Position numbers and translations under genes: made by a program. Positions 1 through 11,354 of a DNA stretch of 64,000 nucleotides are shown piece after piece. The DNA is from Monocercomonoides exilis PA203 (taxonomy: Eukaryota > Protista > Preaxostyla). Position 1 is the stretch's first letter; each line of letters opens with the position of its first letter. The stretch covers positions 806,001 to 870,000 of the forward strand of contig LSRY02000031.1 in NCBI GenBank assembly GCA_001643675.2. Direction: 5' to 3'. A model generated the notes under the pieces. It was not told the DNA's origin. It did not search any database and saw nothing but the letters and a program-made list of their open reading frames with translations.

Positions 1-1
1 T

Positions 2-1645
2 GTGTTCAAAGGGAAGGAGCTGCTGCCATGCAACTTGTCATTCATGGTTGTGAGGCAGATGGGAAAAGAAAAGCAGATTGAGAAGCATGGATTTGATGAA
101 AGTGGATATGTGTCAGAGATAGAAGTTGAAGGGAGACTGTCGAAAGAGATGATTACGGAAGCAGGAGAAGGGGTGGAGGTGAGCGTGTGCATTCTGTTTG
201 GAGATGGAAATAATCCATCATCAACAGATTCTTTCATTGTGAAGAACAAGAGCGAATCAAAAACAAATGGAGAAGGAAAGCTTGTTGAAGGAAGGAAAGA
301 AGGGAAATCATATTGGTTGTTGATTGTGATTGTTCTTGTTGTTATATTATTGATTGTTCTGATTGTATCTGTTGTTTTGGCTATTCGATGGAGGAGGGCG
401 AAGAATGAAGCGAAAGATCTGAGAGAGATTGTGAATGACACAGTGAAAAAGGATCCAAAGGCATTTGAGATGGTGACGATGGAAATGTCACCTGAGGATC
501 AGTGGAGGAGAGCAAAGAGGGAGGCAGAGAAGAAGAATGAGGAGAGGATGAAGAAGAGAGTGTATGAGAAAACATTGGGACACTCCGAGTCATCAGAGCA
601 TTTATTGAGTGAGAGTGGATCGACAGAATACATCCTTGGAAGGGACTCAGACAAGATCCCAGAATGGATGTTGGAGAAGGTTGATGAAACAGAAGAAGAG
701 ACAAGAAAAAGAACACAATCTCCATCAATATCTTCGACATGTTCAACTGATTCAGATTCAACATTTGTCCGAGGTGAGGATCTGTGTCCAACTACCTCAT
801 CGATGTCGAATCTTGTTGATGCAATGGCCTGCTCATCACCTCATGAGAAGCTGATCGTGGATCTGAGGGATTCACTATTCATGCTGCTTCATGGGAGGAA
901 TAAGACAAAAGAGATGGCGATTGGGAGCTTGAAAGAAAGAGAACAAACAGCCGCTCAAGTGTTGTTCTGGGTTGCTAACCTCGCACTCCACTCTTTTGAG
1001 GAGATGGAAAACCCACTTCAGTCGTTGGCCAATCTGAGCCCACACATTGTTCTGTTCTCAGAACACATGGTGATTTGTATTGTGATGCACTCTGACTTAT
1101 TGTCAGATGATGATTCAGATTCATCCTCCATCTCATCATCAACAGTTGTGACATCTGCCAGTGATGATGGTGATGACGATGAAAGTGACTCTCTTCCCTC
1201 ATCAGCATTTGAAGAGGATGAAAATGCTTTCAAAAAAGAGTGTTTGCGATGGAAGGCGCCAGAGCTGCAGATGAGCAAGAAGATGGGGGCGACAAAGGAG
1301 TCGGTGGTATTCTCGATTGGGATGATGGTGTGGGAGTGTGTGACGCTGGAGATCCCGTTTGGGGAGTATGAGGGAGTGGTGACAGGGCAGAAGATAGTGA
1401 ATGGGGAGCGGCCGAAGGTGGAGAAGATGGGAGGGAGCAGTCTTCGGGAGTTGGAGGAGAAGTGTGTGGCGCAGGGGTGGGATGAGCGGGTGACATTGGG
1501 GGATGTGAAGCGGGAGCTGTTCATGAAGATGCCGATGGGGTCGATGTTTGTGACGGCATCAGACGCGTTGGATATTGGAGATGGATCGAGATGTGAAGAG
1601 GCAGACAGCGAAGACACAGATGGGAGCTTCAGTCGGATGGAATGA
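2..1645 (+). CDS. 5'-truncated mirror copy of the C-terminal part (TM + pseudokinase) of the 20865..28712 receptor-like protein
   Basis: Near-identical to the last ~547 aa of the 2615-aa ORF (VVTGQ vs VVAGQ differs). It lies in the left arm of the fold-back. Confidence 0.8.
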   Translation: MFKGKELLPCNLSFMVVRQMGKEKQIEKHGFDESGYVSEIEVEGRLSKEMITEAGEGVEVSVCILFGDGNNPSSTDSFIVKNKSESKTNGEGKLVEGRKEGKSYWLLIVIVLVVILLIVLIVSVVLAIRWRRAKNEAKDLREIVNDTVKKDPKAFEMVTMEMSPEDQWRRAKREAEKKNEERMKKRVYEKTLGHSESSEHLLSESGSTEYILGRDSDKIPEWMLEKVDETEEETRKRTQSPSISSTCSTDSDSTFVRGEDLCPTTSSMSNLVDAMACSSPHEKLIVDLRDSLFMLLHGRNKTKEMAIGSLKEREQTAAQVLFWVANLALHSFEEMENPLQSLANLSPHIVLFSEHMVICIVMHSDLLSDDDSDSSSISSSTVVTSASDDGDDDESDSLPSSAFEEDENAFKKECLRWKAPELQMSKKMGATKESVVFSIGMMVWECVTLEIPFGEYEGVVTGQKIVNGERPKVEKMGGSSLRELEEKCVAQGWDERVTLGDVKRELFMKMPMGSMFVTASDALDIGDGSRCEEADSEDTDGSFSRME

Positions 1646-2106
1646 AACGATGATTTTTTTTTCATTTGAGAAATGCATTTGGGAAGCATGAAGAATTGAA
1701 AAGTGGAGCTGGGAGAATGTTGGATGAGAAGAATCGAATGTTTGTTTGAAAGCAATTCCTTCCTTTGTTTGTGTCTCGTTGGGAAGAAAAGTGCATTGCC
1801 ATATCACATTCATGCTTTCGGGAGTGGATTGTCATTCGCTGCATTCTTCGTCCCGAGCCATGGTGAGGCTTTCACTTTCTTCCTTTGGACAACTGGAGTT
1901 TTCCCAATAGGCACACACCTGGTGATTTCTGTTTCAAATTCAGTATTATTGGGATGTTCTTTTTTTCGTTCACATTTGTAATTTTCAACAGTTTATTTTT
2001 CTTTCACACAGTGAGAATGCAGAATGGGAGGATGCCAATCATCTCTGTTATCTGTAAGAAATAGAGTTTGATAAAAGGAAGAGTGAACAATGCATTCATT
2101 CAAATT

Positions 2107-2159
<53 letters not shown>

Positions 2160-2480
2160 GAAAGATTTTTGATTCACTTCTTTTCATTAACCACATCAAA
2201 ATGTTTTGAAAAATAGAAAATATGACTTTTTGGAATTAAAACTTTGTTCATTTGTTACGGGTAATTTTTTATCAAATTAAAAAAAATGAAAATGAAAATA
2301 TCTCATCTTCAACATTTAGCAATAATTTAAAGTTTTCAAACATTTTCAGTTTGCAGAATGAAAAATCTTTATTAATAGCTTGTTTTTTGTTTTTATCGTT
2401 CATATTTTTTTTATATAATAACAACAAAATGGCTCAGTAATGATCACATTCATTTTTGTACTAATTTTTATGATTATATT

Positions 2481-2550
2481 TGAAAGAGAAAATGGTTATT
2501 TCACTTCCTTCTCTTGTATTTATGAGAGCGCCACGTTATGGGTTAGTCAC
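2481..2550 (-). repeat. DIRS 3' (right) inverted terminal repeat
   Basis: Its 55-nt core ttatttcacttcc...gggttagtcac is the reverse complement of part of 7032-7122 with 3 mismatches. Confidence 0.88.
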
Positions 2551-2820
2551 CCAGCTGATTAAAATGGCACTTAATGAAATGGTGAACAAAGGAGCAAATG
2601 TGAATTTTTAAAAGGGAACTGACACTTGGCAAATTGAAAATTATTACAAATGCAGTGAAAACACATGTTTGAAACAAGAAAGATACAATTTAATTAAATT
2701 AAATGTTTTTAAATGCAAACTGTAAAGAGAAGGAATTATAAGTGTTGATTTTTTTCCCACATTGTTATTCAGCAATGACGAATTTATAAGGGAATGGGAT
2801 ATCTTAGTTGTGGAGGGAGT

Positions 2821-2925
2821 AAGAGAAGGAAGTGAAATAACCATTTTCTCTTTCAATCAAAACACAAGCGTTTTGATTACAGAGAAAACATTTATTACAC
2901 TTCCTTCTCTTGTATTTATGAGAGC
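2821..2925 (-). repeat. DIRS internal complementary region (ICR), matching the circle junction of both termini
   Basis: The + strand reads element 3' end (...aaccattttctctttca) joined directly to element 5' start (atcaaaacac...gagagc), with the junction at 2855/2856. It lies just downstream of the YR stop, as in DIRS-1. Confidence 0.88.
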
Positions 2926-2956
2926 ATCAATAATTGGGAAGGTTTGATAATGTGAA

Positions 2957-4260
2957 TTAACTTGAACAAACATCCTTTTCTTCGTGTTGTTTCTTTTCCA
3001 TTTCTTTTCTTCTTTGAGATCTTGTGCGGATAATGAATTCAATCTTAGCCTCGCTGATTACTGTCTGTGAAGCATTGTTTTCTTCTGTGTCCTCTGGTTC
3101 TTCAACTTTATCTGTGTATGCAAATACTGTTTGTTGTTTTTGATCTCCGTTTTCACATATTTCCATTGTTGGTATTTGCTCTTCTGAGTTTGAACTGGAA
3201 TTTGTTTCGGAATCGGATTCCGCCTCAGAATCTGAATCGGACTCTGACGCAGTCCCACTTTCTTCAGGTTGGAGAATAGTTGAATTGCATCTTGCTGTCA
3301 TGTGGGCCAGCTTGCTTGACACATCTGATTGGACGTAATGCTTTGTGATGGCGTTGCTTCTAGGAGAGAGTCTGGTTAACTTAGCAATTTGGGCTAATGG
3401 AATTTCTACCATCGTTAGCGCAGTGATTGACGCATGCTTCAATGAGTAATGCCCGAAAAACTTCGGAATCCCAGCATCCTGAAACATTTCGGCTGCATAA
3501 TTACGAATCTTTCTCACAGAAAGGGTTTGATGAATTTTCTCATCTATGAATAGTGAAGTTGCATTTGGCTGAGATTCTTTGATTCTGTTCCAATGTTCCT
3601 TAACTGAAGCTGCTGGACACACAAGCGGCTGTTCTTTTATGAACGGGATGATAATATCTGGACGTTCTGCTGATGTTTTTAATGATGAATCGAGTTTTAT
3701 TGAATCGTCTCCAATTGTTGAAATCTGCAGGTTTATCCTTTCCAACTCCGTAAATCGACAGGCGGAGAACAACATCCATGTACATATTGCCTTTTTTGTC
3801 TATTCATGAAAGTCAAGATTCCTGTTCTTTCCTTATGATGTTATTTTCTGCAGCAGGAGTTGGGGGTTCCAGATCTCTGGTTTGTCTCTTTTTTTCCTGT
3901 TTTCTGATCTTCGGAATGATTTTAATAGTCTTTGCATGAGTGCAGATTCTCCCAGTCCTCGATTGAACAGTAATTCTGAGATGAGCGATAATGCAGCGCA
4001 TGTTTGTCTGAGCGTCGAAGACTTCGTGCCTTTGTCTTTCAGGCTAATGAAAATGGAAGCACATTTTTCAACCCACTCACTCCATGATTCGGGTGGTTCT
4101 CCTTTCCTATTATCTTCCCATATTTCACTAAAACGCACATATCAATATGAATATCCTTTCCATGCGTTTTCGGCAACGCTATTTTTGCTTTCATCGATCA
4201 CCCTTTCGGAAAATCCCTTTGAAAAGAGCATTCTCCGAAACCATTCTTCTCGGTGTGATT
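2957..4260 (-). pseudogene. DIRS tyrosine recombinase (broken by frameshift/stop near 3790-3835)
   Basis: N-terminal fragment 3833..4138. Catalytic fragment 2957..3775 has R (CRFTEL), HxxK (HYSLKHA) and Y (KHYV), followed by an acidic tail. Confidence 0.8.
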
Positions 4261-6150
4261 CTCAGGATTGATAAGGACTATTCTCATTCTGCCTCGCGGT
4301 AGGCTTGATTCCATCCGTTTCATCCATCTTCCTTCCTTCAAAACCTGGTTCTGTTCTTTCCATCTCCATTCGAAGTGTCTCGATATTTTTATCAGCGGTT
4401 CCCATATCTGCCCTCTCCAATCTGGCATCAGAAGAAAAACATGTGCATTTTCCTCTATTGATTTTGCAATCGCTGGGACTATTAGTGGAATCTGCTGATG
4501 GGCTAAAATAACACCTCTTTGCCATGATTGCTGGAGTCCGTCTTAGTTGAGTGTGCTTCCAGGAACGCACAATCGGTCCGCTTTCGTGTTCTCGTTCGTT
4601 GCGAACGCATCCAACGTTATTTTGAAATTGAGGTTTTCCGTGATCTCGTTTGACTCTTCTTGTTTAATGGAGTAATCTCCCCCTCTTTCTAGCCTGGATA
4701 GAGCATCTGCTCTGACATTCTTCGTCCCTGGCAAGTGTTGGGCTTTTATCTGAATGTGATTGTTCTGAACAAATGTCTATATTTTCATCAGCAACTTCCT
4801 GAGGTTTGTTCCTGCATTTCATCGATTGACATTGAAAACCGCTGTTGTATTGTCTGATCTGATTAGCAATCTACAGACTTTGTTCACCTAAAGAAGGTTG
4901 TTGAAATGGCTGAGTGCTCGACTGGTTGCATATAATTCCCTGTAATTCGAGCTCTGGCATCTCAATTTCCCTGGAAGCGATTGATGAAAATCGTATTTCT
5001 TGTTGTTCATTTGAAGAACCGCTCCCATAGCTCTCTCTGATGCATCTGTCGTTAAGGCTGCTTGTGGCAGGAATAATGGGCAAAGCTGTCTCGGTTTGTT
5101 CGCATTCAGCCTCGTTATCCATTTTTGAATACTCGGAAGGATTGATGGGTTGATTCTCATCTTTCCTTTCCACACCACCTTTCTGATCATTCTGTTCAGC
5201 AGCATGTACATCGATGGAAGAAGGAGTGAAGCTTCCTTGATAACGAAGCGAGTTGCACTTAGCTTGCCAATGAACGATGTGAAATTTCTCACTCTTGTTT
5301 GCTTGCATTTCAGTGCTCTGCGCCTCCATCTGTAGCATTCTTTGAGCAATTCTTTCTTTCTGTCTTTCTCTAAAGTTACGGTGAGGTTGGAAGTGTCCCA
5401 TGAATATCCGAGGAATGAAAAACAATTTGATTGTTCTATGTGGCTCTTTTCCAGATTAACAATTAGTCAAAGTTTCTGAAATAGACTTATAACTTCTTGT
5501 GCGATTCTCTTTAGTTCTTGCTTGTCTTGATGGAGCAAGACAATGTCGTCTAAATATGCGACAACTTTCACCTTCCATCTTTCCCGAATGAAAGCAATGA
5601 CCTTTCTCATTATTTTTGTGAATATTCTTAGAGAGTCCTTGTAACCGAAAGGCATGCTGGTGAAGCAATAAAATTCTTTGTTGAATTCGAATCTTAGAAA
5701 AGGAGTGAAATCCTCGGAAACCTTGATGAGATAGTTCACTTGGCTTAAATCCAGTGTGACTGCGAAATCTCCCTTCTTTATTATTCTCTCCATAGATCTA
5801 TGGTTCTCTTGTTTGAAGTGAATAGTTTTTATCGTATTGTTTAACCTCCTGCAATCCACAATCTGTCTCCAGCACCCGTTCCTTTTCCTGACTTCAAATA
5901 TTGGATTGACAAATTTCACTTGGTTTTGGTGATTTTCCTAAGAATTCCTGTTTTCACTTGAACTTTTATCAATTCTGCAAAGGCTTCACTTGCTTCTTGT
6001 GATTGCTCCGATCTCCTTTTATTTTCCTGAGAATTGATAAGGATTCAACATGCTTTGGCACTCCTCCAAACCGGAACAACTCCTCTTTTGATCATCTTTT
6101 CTCCTCCCACCATTTTCCAAGCCTTGACAAATAACGCTGTTTTTCTACCA
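4198..6150 (-). pseudogene. DIRS pol: reverse transcriptase, RNase H and methyltransferase-like domain, fragmented
   Basis: ORF pieces 5467..5919 (RT), 4888..5349 (tether/RNase H), 4543..4734 and 4198..4428 (MT-like, PDWRGQIW), separated by stops and frameshifts. Confidence 0.85.
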
Positions 6151-6166
6151 ATTGTTAAGTCGTGTT

Positions 6167-6995
6167 TTATTGAGACTTTGTATTGTCACCAGAACTTCCT
6201 CTTGAATAACCTCTTGAAGCGCTGTTTGTGATAAATGATCGTCTTGCGCTGGTCGTCCGGGGCCAATCTCGAAAAAACCGATAATTCCTTGTTCCGCTTT
6301 GAATTCCCATGGTTTGTTTCTTCCTTGCATATGAATTCGAAATACTTGCCAATCCCCATCTTAATTTTAAGGATGTTTTCTTTGATTCTTCTAGAATATC
6401 TTTTTGCCTCTGAGTTAACAGCGATGATGAAAACTCGTCTTTCATTTTTTCTGCTTCAGAAAATCCATGTAGAGCTTGTATTCTCACGTGTCGAGTTTCT
6501 TTAAGAGCTTGGGCTAAAAGTTAACATGAATCTGCTATCATTTCTTTTGTTGTGTCTTCTGATTTGGTATTAGAGCATGCCGAGATAAGTAACTTTATTG
6601 CTGGATAAAGATATGTTTCCGTCCGTTCCGCCACACGATCGAGTGCGTCTTTCCAAAACACTTTGGATCTTGTAAATGGTGGTGGAGCATTCTGGATTAA
6701 AGGACTCAAATCTTTATCTTTCAATAATAATAATGCTTCGTTAATTTTATTCTCTGGTGGATGCATATCGTAAAGTGAAATTTCTGGTGGCTGTCCAAAT
6801 ATTTCCATGAAAGCTTGCTGCAAGGAAGAATCTCCTTCATCTTCTTCAATTCGTGTTGGATCTGTCCGGCCATCAAGCTCCGACTAAACGCTTGATTGGG
6901 AAGCGGAATAACTCCCTGCTATTGAGGGAATTGCACTCGGAGGGCAACCAGTCAGCGGAGCTGCGCAAGGTTCGGTTGCGAGTCCGGTTCCCATG
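6167..6995 (-). pseudogene. DIRS ORF1 (gag-like), interrupted
   Basis: ORFs 6521..6823 and 6167..6487 are in one frame, split by a TAA. They are homologous to 62087..63001 (SLYDM, DLSP, APP, DAL, YPAIK, RIQ). Confidence 0.7.
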
Positions 6996-7031
6996 AAGAT
7001 GGTCGATATGTTTCCTTTTTGAACAGCGATC

Positions 7032-7122
7032 GTGACTGACCCATAACGTGGCGCTCTCAAAAATATAAGAGAAGGAAGTGAAATAAATGTTTTCTCTGTA
7101 ATCAAAACGTTTGTGTTTTGAT
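7032..7122 (-). repeat. DIRS 5' (left) inverted terminal repeat with terminal hairpin atcaaaac-N6-gttttgat
   Basis: Complementary to the 3' ITR core and to the ICR. Confidence 0.88.
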
Positions 7123-7571
7123 CATTGAAAAAATAAATCAATAAATATCAACGTTCTTTTTACAAAAATAATCAAAACTATTGATTATCGAAATATAATC
7201 TTTTTTTTTTCAGCAAGGAGCAAAAGTGAATAGCAAATGAACGATGATTCTTATATAAATTCTGAAAAAAGAAAAAAAGAAAAACAGAAAAACAACTTAT
7301 TCTAATATATTCATCAAGGACCGAAAACAGCCTTGATGATGAAAACAGTTAATAGTGTTGTACAATGAAAATATTTAAAAACAAAAAAGGAAAAATACTT
7401 AATATAGCTCATTTGGCGACAACAAACAAGCATATCAATAAAAATACAAAACATCAGCTTAACTGGTTTAACTTATGAATAAAATCAAAATAGAAAAAAT
7501 AATAAGTATGCAACTTTTCTTTGTCAATATGCATCAACAACAATCACTGAATTCACTCCTCCATTTATTTT

Positions 7572-10500
7572 TTAGTTGTTCCGAGATCTTCTCTTCCTGA
7601 CAACAACAATTGCAATAATCACAACAACCACCACAACCACCACAACCACAATAGGAACAACAATAGCAACCACAGTTCCTGCACTCATCATCTTCTTCTT
7701 TTCTGGTTCTGGTTCATCTTTCGGTTCTTTGTGCTTAAGGTATTTCTCATACACATCTTCAAGATCACCACCTTCTTCTTTTGCCCCCACAATCCATCCT
7801 TTATTATCATCGTTGTAATCCTTCGCAAACCCAAATGCATCTTCTTGCTTGCTGTACTCATCAAAGTCTGGCGCAATAATACACAACGATGCAACCGATG
7901 AATCTTTCCCTTTGTTGTCACCAAACTCAAGTTTGCCTTCACCCGGAAGTTTCAAATTACCAACCGCATCTTTCACTTCAATGAGAATAGCTCCTGCCTT
8001 TCCACTTGCTGCTTCACATGATTTGAATGAACATTTTTTATCTCTTCCCATTTCCACTTTTGAACCATTATCAACCATCTTGATCATAACACCCGCAGAC
8101 AATCCCTTCGATGATTTCACTTCATTCATGGTCAACCCTTCTATTTGAACACTCGAAGCTTTATCAGCGGCATCAAGAATGTTGATTGCTGCTCCGTCTG
8201 TCATACTCACTTTATTGATCTCAACTGTATCAAATTTGACTGAAGAGGATTCGCTAATAACAAACAACGATTCTTGGAATTTCACTTCATTATTGCCCTT
8301 GCATTCAACTCCACTCATTGTAAGTTCTCCTGCTTTCACATAAACAAGATGGATTTTTGCAACTTTTTCATCATTACTGGGTGCAACCGGCTCTGGTTTC
8401 ACAAATTTGCAGTTCACTAAATTCAACTTAGCATTTTCACAGTCTGCAACGATCAATGAATGTGGATCGGTATTTGATTCCTTTGTCTTATCCAATGACA
8501 ATGGGAATAAGAAGGAAATTCCTCTGAACTCAACTTCACTCTTGCATGTGAACAAATGACTGTCTGATTCAACATTGCAATCGATCTCCACTTCTGTTTC
8601 TGATTCTTCTTCATTAGCTTTGGTTACGCCCACAATCGTTGTCAATGAAAATTTCTCAAGTGTGACAGCTGCAGCTTTGAATGATTCATTCGTTTTGATG
8701 ATGTTGATCTTGAAGTTTTCTCCTCCAACACCCACTCCAAACAATTTGTATGCTGAATCCAGTTTTTTCTTTGGGTTGTCATAGCTCAATCCATCTTTGG
8801 AATCATCTGTTGCTCCTTCACTGACATACACATTTGTTATCGGATCAAAATACACTTCTGTGAAATCAACTTCATTTTCATTATCAGTTCCTTTTGCAAC
8901 AACAAAGCATTTATTTGTTCCTTTTTTGTATCCAGATGCAAAGCTTTGCTTCATCGCTTTTGCAATGTCTCTGTGAAGGCTGACTGGCACATCCAAATAT
9001 AATCCTGTGTTCTTTTCAGCATTCGAAGTTGCATCTGAATCTGAAACCTTGCATCCAGTAAATTCTAAATTGGTTCCTGTTTCTGGCCATGTCAGTTCAT
9101 CTGCATTTGTTACGTTTTTCAACTCCAGATATATTGCTCCTGATTTCCCCTTTGTACATGTGCAATTTTCAAATTTTGTTTTTCCGTTATCTTCAACTGA
9201 AAATGTGCTTCCTGCGTGTTCGCTCTTAACAAATAATGCTCCAGTTGTTGCAGTTGTCTCATTTTCCGATTTGCATTCTGTGAATGTGCATGTGTCCAAT
9301 TTCACTGAAATAGCTGCGTCTGTATTTCCAACAATTTTCACCACAGCACTATCTTTTGATGTGATCTTCTTCAGATTCAATGATGTCAATGAAACAGTTG
9401 TTATTGTTCCATCAACTAAAAATGGTGTTGTTGAAAATTTCACTTCGTTATCCGATGTGCATTCGACTTTATTCATTGTCAGTGTTCCTGCACTCACTTT
9501 CACAAGATGGATTTCAACTGTTTCATCACCAGTATTTGAAAGCATCCCATCTGAATTGGCAGCTGGCGTTGGTCTCTTAAACTCGCAAGACTCAATTGTT
9601 AGAGAAACTGATTCTGGTTCTGCATTTAATTCATTTTCTGCACTTGCAACTGCGTGAATCAATGCAAATGGTCCTGTTCCATTTGAATCAGATCCATCAT
9701 CATCATCTTCTTGTTTTGCTGGAAAGTCAAAAATCAAATTCATGAATGTCACTGTTTTAGTGCATGTGAACAGATCTGCCTTGGCAGCTTCACCGCAGTC
9801 AATCTCAACTTTAGTGTCAGCTTCGTTTCCAGTTTCCTCTGCTTCCACCACTCCTTCGATAGTAATTCCTGTCTCTTTTGAAAACGTCACAGCTTCTGCT
9901 TTAAGGGCTGCTTGGTTTGAGTTTTCATTTTCTTTTAATATTTTGATGGAAAATTCTCCTGGCCCTTTTGATTTCTCTAATAATTCATAAGCTTTTTTTA
10001 TTGTTGAAAATGGTTTTCCTTTTGTTCCATCAGCTTTCTTTTCGTCATTCGCTCCACTTTGAACATATGCCTCATGTGGATCAAAATATACTGAAGTGAA
10101 ATCAATATCTTCATCTTCACTTTCATCAGCTCCCTTAGCTGCAACAAACCAGTCATTTGTTCCTTCCACATAGTTTTTGGCGAATTTCTTTTTCATCTCT
10201 TCGGCAATTTCCTTGAACTTTCCACTGTCTACTTCCAAAAACAAAAACGTCTGTTTATCTGAACCAGCTTTGCACCCACTAACTGTCAATTTTTCTTCCT
10301 CAGACCATGTCAATTGATTTGCATTTGTTATTTTTGGCATCTTCAGATATATCCCACCTGATTTCCCATTGGCACATTCACACGAAGTAAATGTTGTTGC
10401 TGCATTTAAAAATCGTTTGCTTTCTCCTATATTAAATTTGCTATCTGATTGATCACTTTCAACATACAATGCTCCACTTGTAGCATTAGATGCTTCTTCT

Positions 10501-11354
10501 GTTGATTTACAATTGGTAAATGTACACCCATGGACATTCACTTCAATATTCTCACTTGTTTTTCCCACAATCTTCACCACTGCACTTGCACTCGACTCTA
10601 TGTTATTCAATGTCGATGCAATCAATGTGACTTTTGTTGCTTTGTCAAACAAAAACGGAGTGGTTGAAAACTTAGCAGTGTTGTTATCATCACTGAAAGA
10701 TACTGCCTCCATGTTGAATTCACCTTCATCCACTTTCACCAGATGAATATTGGCTGTTTCTGTTTCTGTTGGACGAACAAATTGGCAAGTGCTAATTGTC
10801 AGATTAGGTGACAGTTTGTTTGTATCTGTTGTCATGGAAGAAAGATCAGACAACACTGGAATTGAAGCTTCTGAATTTGCAACCAAATGAATAATAGCCA
10901 ATGTGCTTCCATCATTAGATACATTTCCAAGTGATAACGGATATATAAACTTCAGATACTTGAATGTCACATTTTGCTTACAAGTGAACAGATCCTTGTT
11001 TTCCTTTTCATTATTTACATCAGTAAGATATGTACAGTTTATTTCCACTAACTCAATAGTCTTGTTTTCTGTTTGTTTTCCCCTGATCATTAATGAAACG
11101 TTTTTATCAAATGCATTCATTCCTGCAATTAATGCAGATGAATTATCATCTTGCTTTATAATTGTGATGATGTATCCATTTTCATTTGCATCATTAAGCT
11201 TATTATATGCATCACCAATCTTTCCAAAAGGATCTTCAGGCGTTCCATTTGTTCCATTTTTCCCGCTTTGAACAAACACTTCTTTAACGACACCTTCTTC
11301 GTTATCTGCATATATGGAAAGCACAACTTGCAAAAATACAAATGTCAGAAACAT
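7572..11354 (-). CDS. Type-I membrane surface protein, ~1260 aa, with three ~400-aa tandem modules (probable beta-helix), a poly-Val TM and a short RKRRSRNN tail
   Basis: ATG at 11354 (MFLTFVFLQVVLS) gives a signal peptide. The motif (Y/F)V(Q/S)xG..G...P....AY recurs three times, as do (D/H)LFTC, IHLVxV and (S/A)G(A/G)I(Y/L). C-terminal TM AIVVPIVVVVVVVVVVIIAIVVV. Intronless. Confidence 0.85.
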   Translation of the reverse strand: MFLTFVFLQVVLSIYADNEEGVVKEVFVQSGKNGTNGTPEDPFGKIGDAYNKLNDANENGYIITIIKQDDNSSALIAGMNAFDKNVSLMIRGKQTENKTIELVEINCTYLTDVNNEKENKDLFTCKQNVTFKYLKFIYPLSLGNVSNDGSTLAIIHLVANSEASIPVLSDLSSMTTDTNKLSPNLTISTCQFVRPTETETANIHLVKVDEGEFNMEAVSFSDDNNTAKFSTTPFLFDKATKVTLIASTLNNIESSASAVVKIVGKTSENIEVNVHGCTFTNCKSTEEASNATSGALYVESDQSDSKFNIGESKRFLNAATTFTSCECANGKSGGIYLKMPKITNANQLTWSEEEKLTVSGCKAGSDKQTFLFLEVDSGKFKEIAEEMKKKFAKNYVEGTNDWFVAAKGADESEDEDIDFTSVYFDPHEAYVQSGANDEKKADGTKGKPFSTIKKAYELLEKSKGPGEFSIKILKENENSNQAALKAEAVTFSKETGITIEGVVEAEETGNEADTKVEIDCGEAAKADLFTCTKTVTFMNLIFDFPAKQEDDDDGSDSNGTGPFALIHAVASAENELNAEPESVSLTIESCEFKRPTPAANSDGMLSNTGDETVEIHLVKVSAGTLTMNKVECTSDNEVKFSTTPFLVDGTITTVSLTSLNLKKITSKDSAVVKIVGNTDAAISVKLDTCTFTECKSENETTATTGALFVKSEHAGSTFSVEDNGKTKFENCTCTKGKSGAIYLELKNVTNADELTWPETGTNLEFTGCKVSDSDATSNAEKNTGLYLDVPVSLHRDIAKAMKQSFASGYKKGTNKCFVVAKGTDNENEVDFTEVYFDPITNVYVSEGATDDSKDGLSYDNPKKKLDSAYKLFGVGVGGENFKINIIKTNESFKAAAVTLEKFSLTTIVGVTKANEEESETEVEIDCNVESDSHLFTCKSEVEFRGISFLFPLSLDKTKESNTDPHSLIVADCENAKLNLVNCKFVKPEPVAPSNDEKVAKIHLVYVKAGELTMSGVECKGNNEVKFQESLFVISESSSVKFDTVEINKVSMTDGAAINILDAADKASSVQIEGLTMNEVKSSKGLSAGVMIKMVDNGSKVEMGRDKKCSFKSCEAASGKAGAILIEVKDAVGNLKLPGEGKLEFGDNKGKDSSVASLCIIAPDFDEYSKQEDAFGFAKDYNDDNKGWIVGAKEEGGDLEDVYEKYLKHKEPKDEPEPEKKKMMSAGTVVAIVVPIVVVVVVVVVVIIAIVVVRKRRSRNN

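Larger units (their letters stand above)
2481..7122 (-). mobile_element. DIRS-1-like tyrosine-recombinase retrotransposon, full-length (~4.64 kb) but decayed: gag-like, RT, RNase H, MT-like domain, YR, ITRs and ICR
   Basis: RT motifs WRQIVDCRRLN, MPFG, YLDD (5467-5919). RNase H motifs LTTDASERAMGA, SSNYRELYA, NVRADALSR. MT-like LDAFATNENTK. YR motifs ACRFTEL, HYSLKHAS, KHY (2957-3775). Terminal inverted repeats and an internal complementary region are present. Several in-frame stops and frameshifts. Confidence 0.92.

Noticed and set aside
2110-2153. ~44-nt poly(T) tract (poly(A) at 20361-20402) as a retrocopy tail of the receptor gene
   Set aside because: It is T on the receptor's sense strand, lies outside the DIRS terminus, has no TSD, and is absent at the equivalent place after the 45367 paralogue. 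It is treated as a simple homopolymer.
4198-6995. Stop-codon reassignment or programmed frameshifts in the DIRS ORFs
   Set aside because: The interruptions are of all three stop types plus frameshifts, which indicates ordinary decay. Host genes use the standard code.
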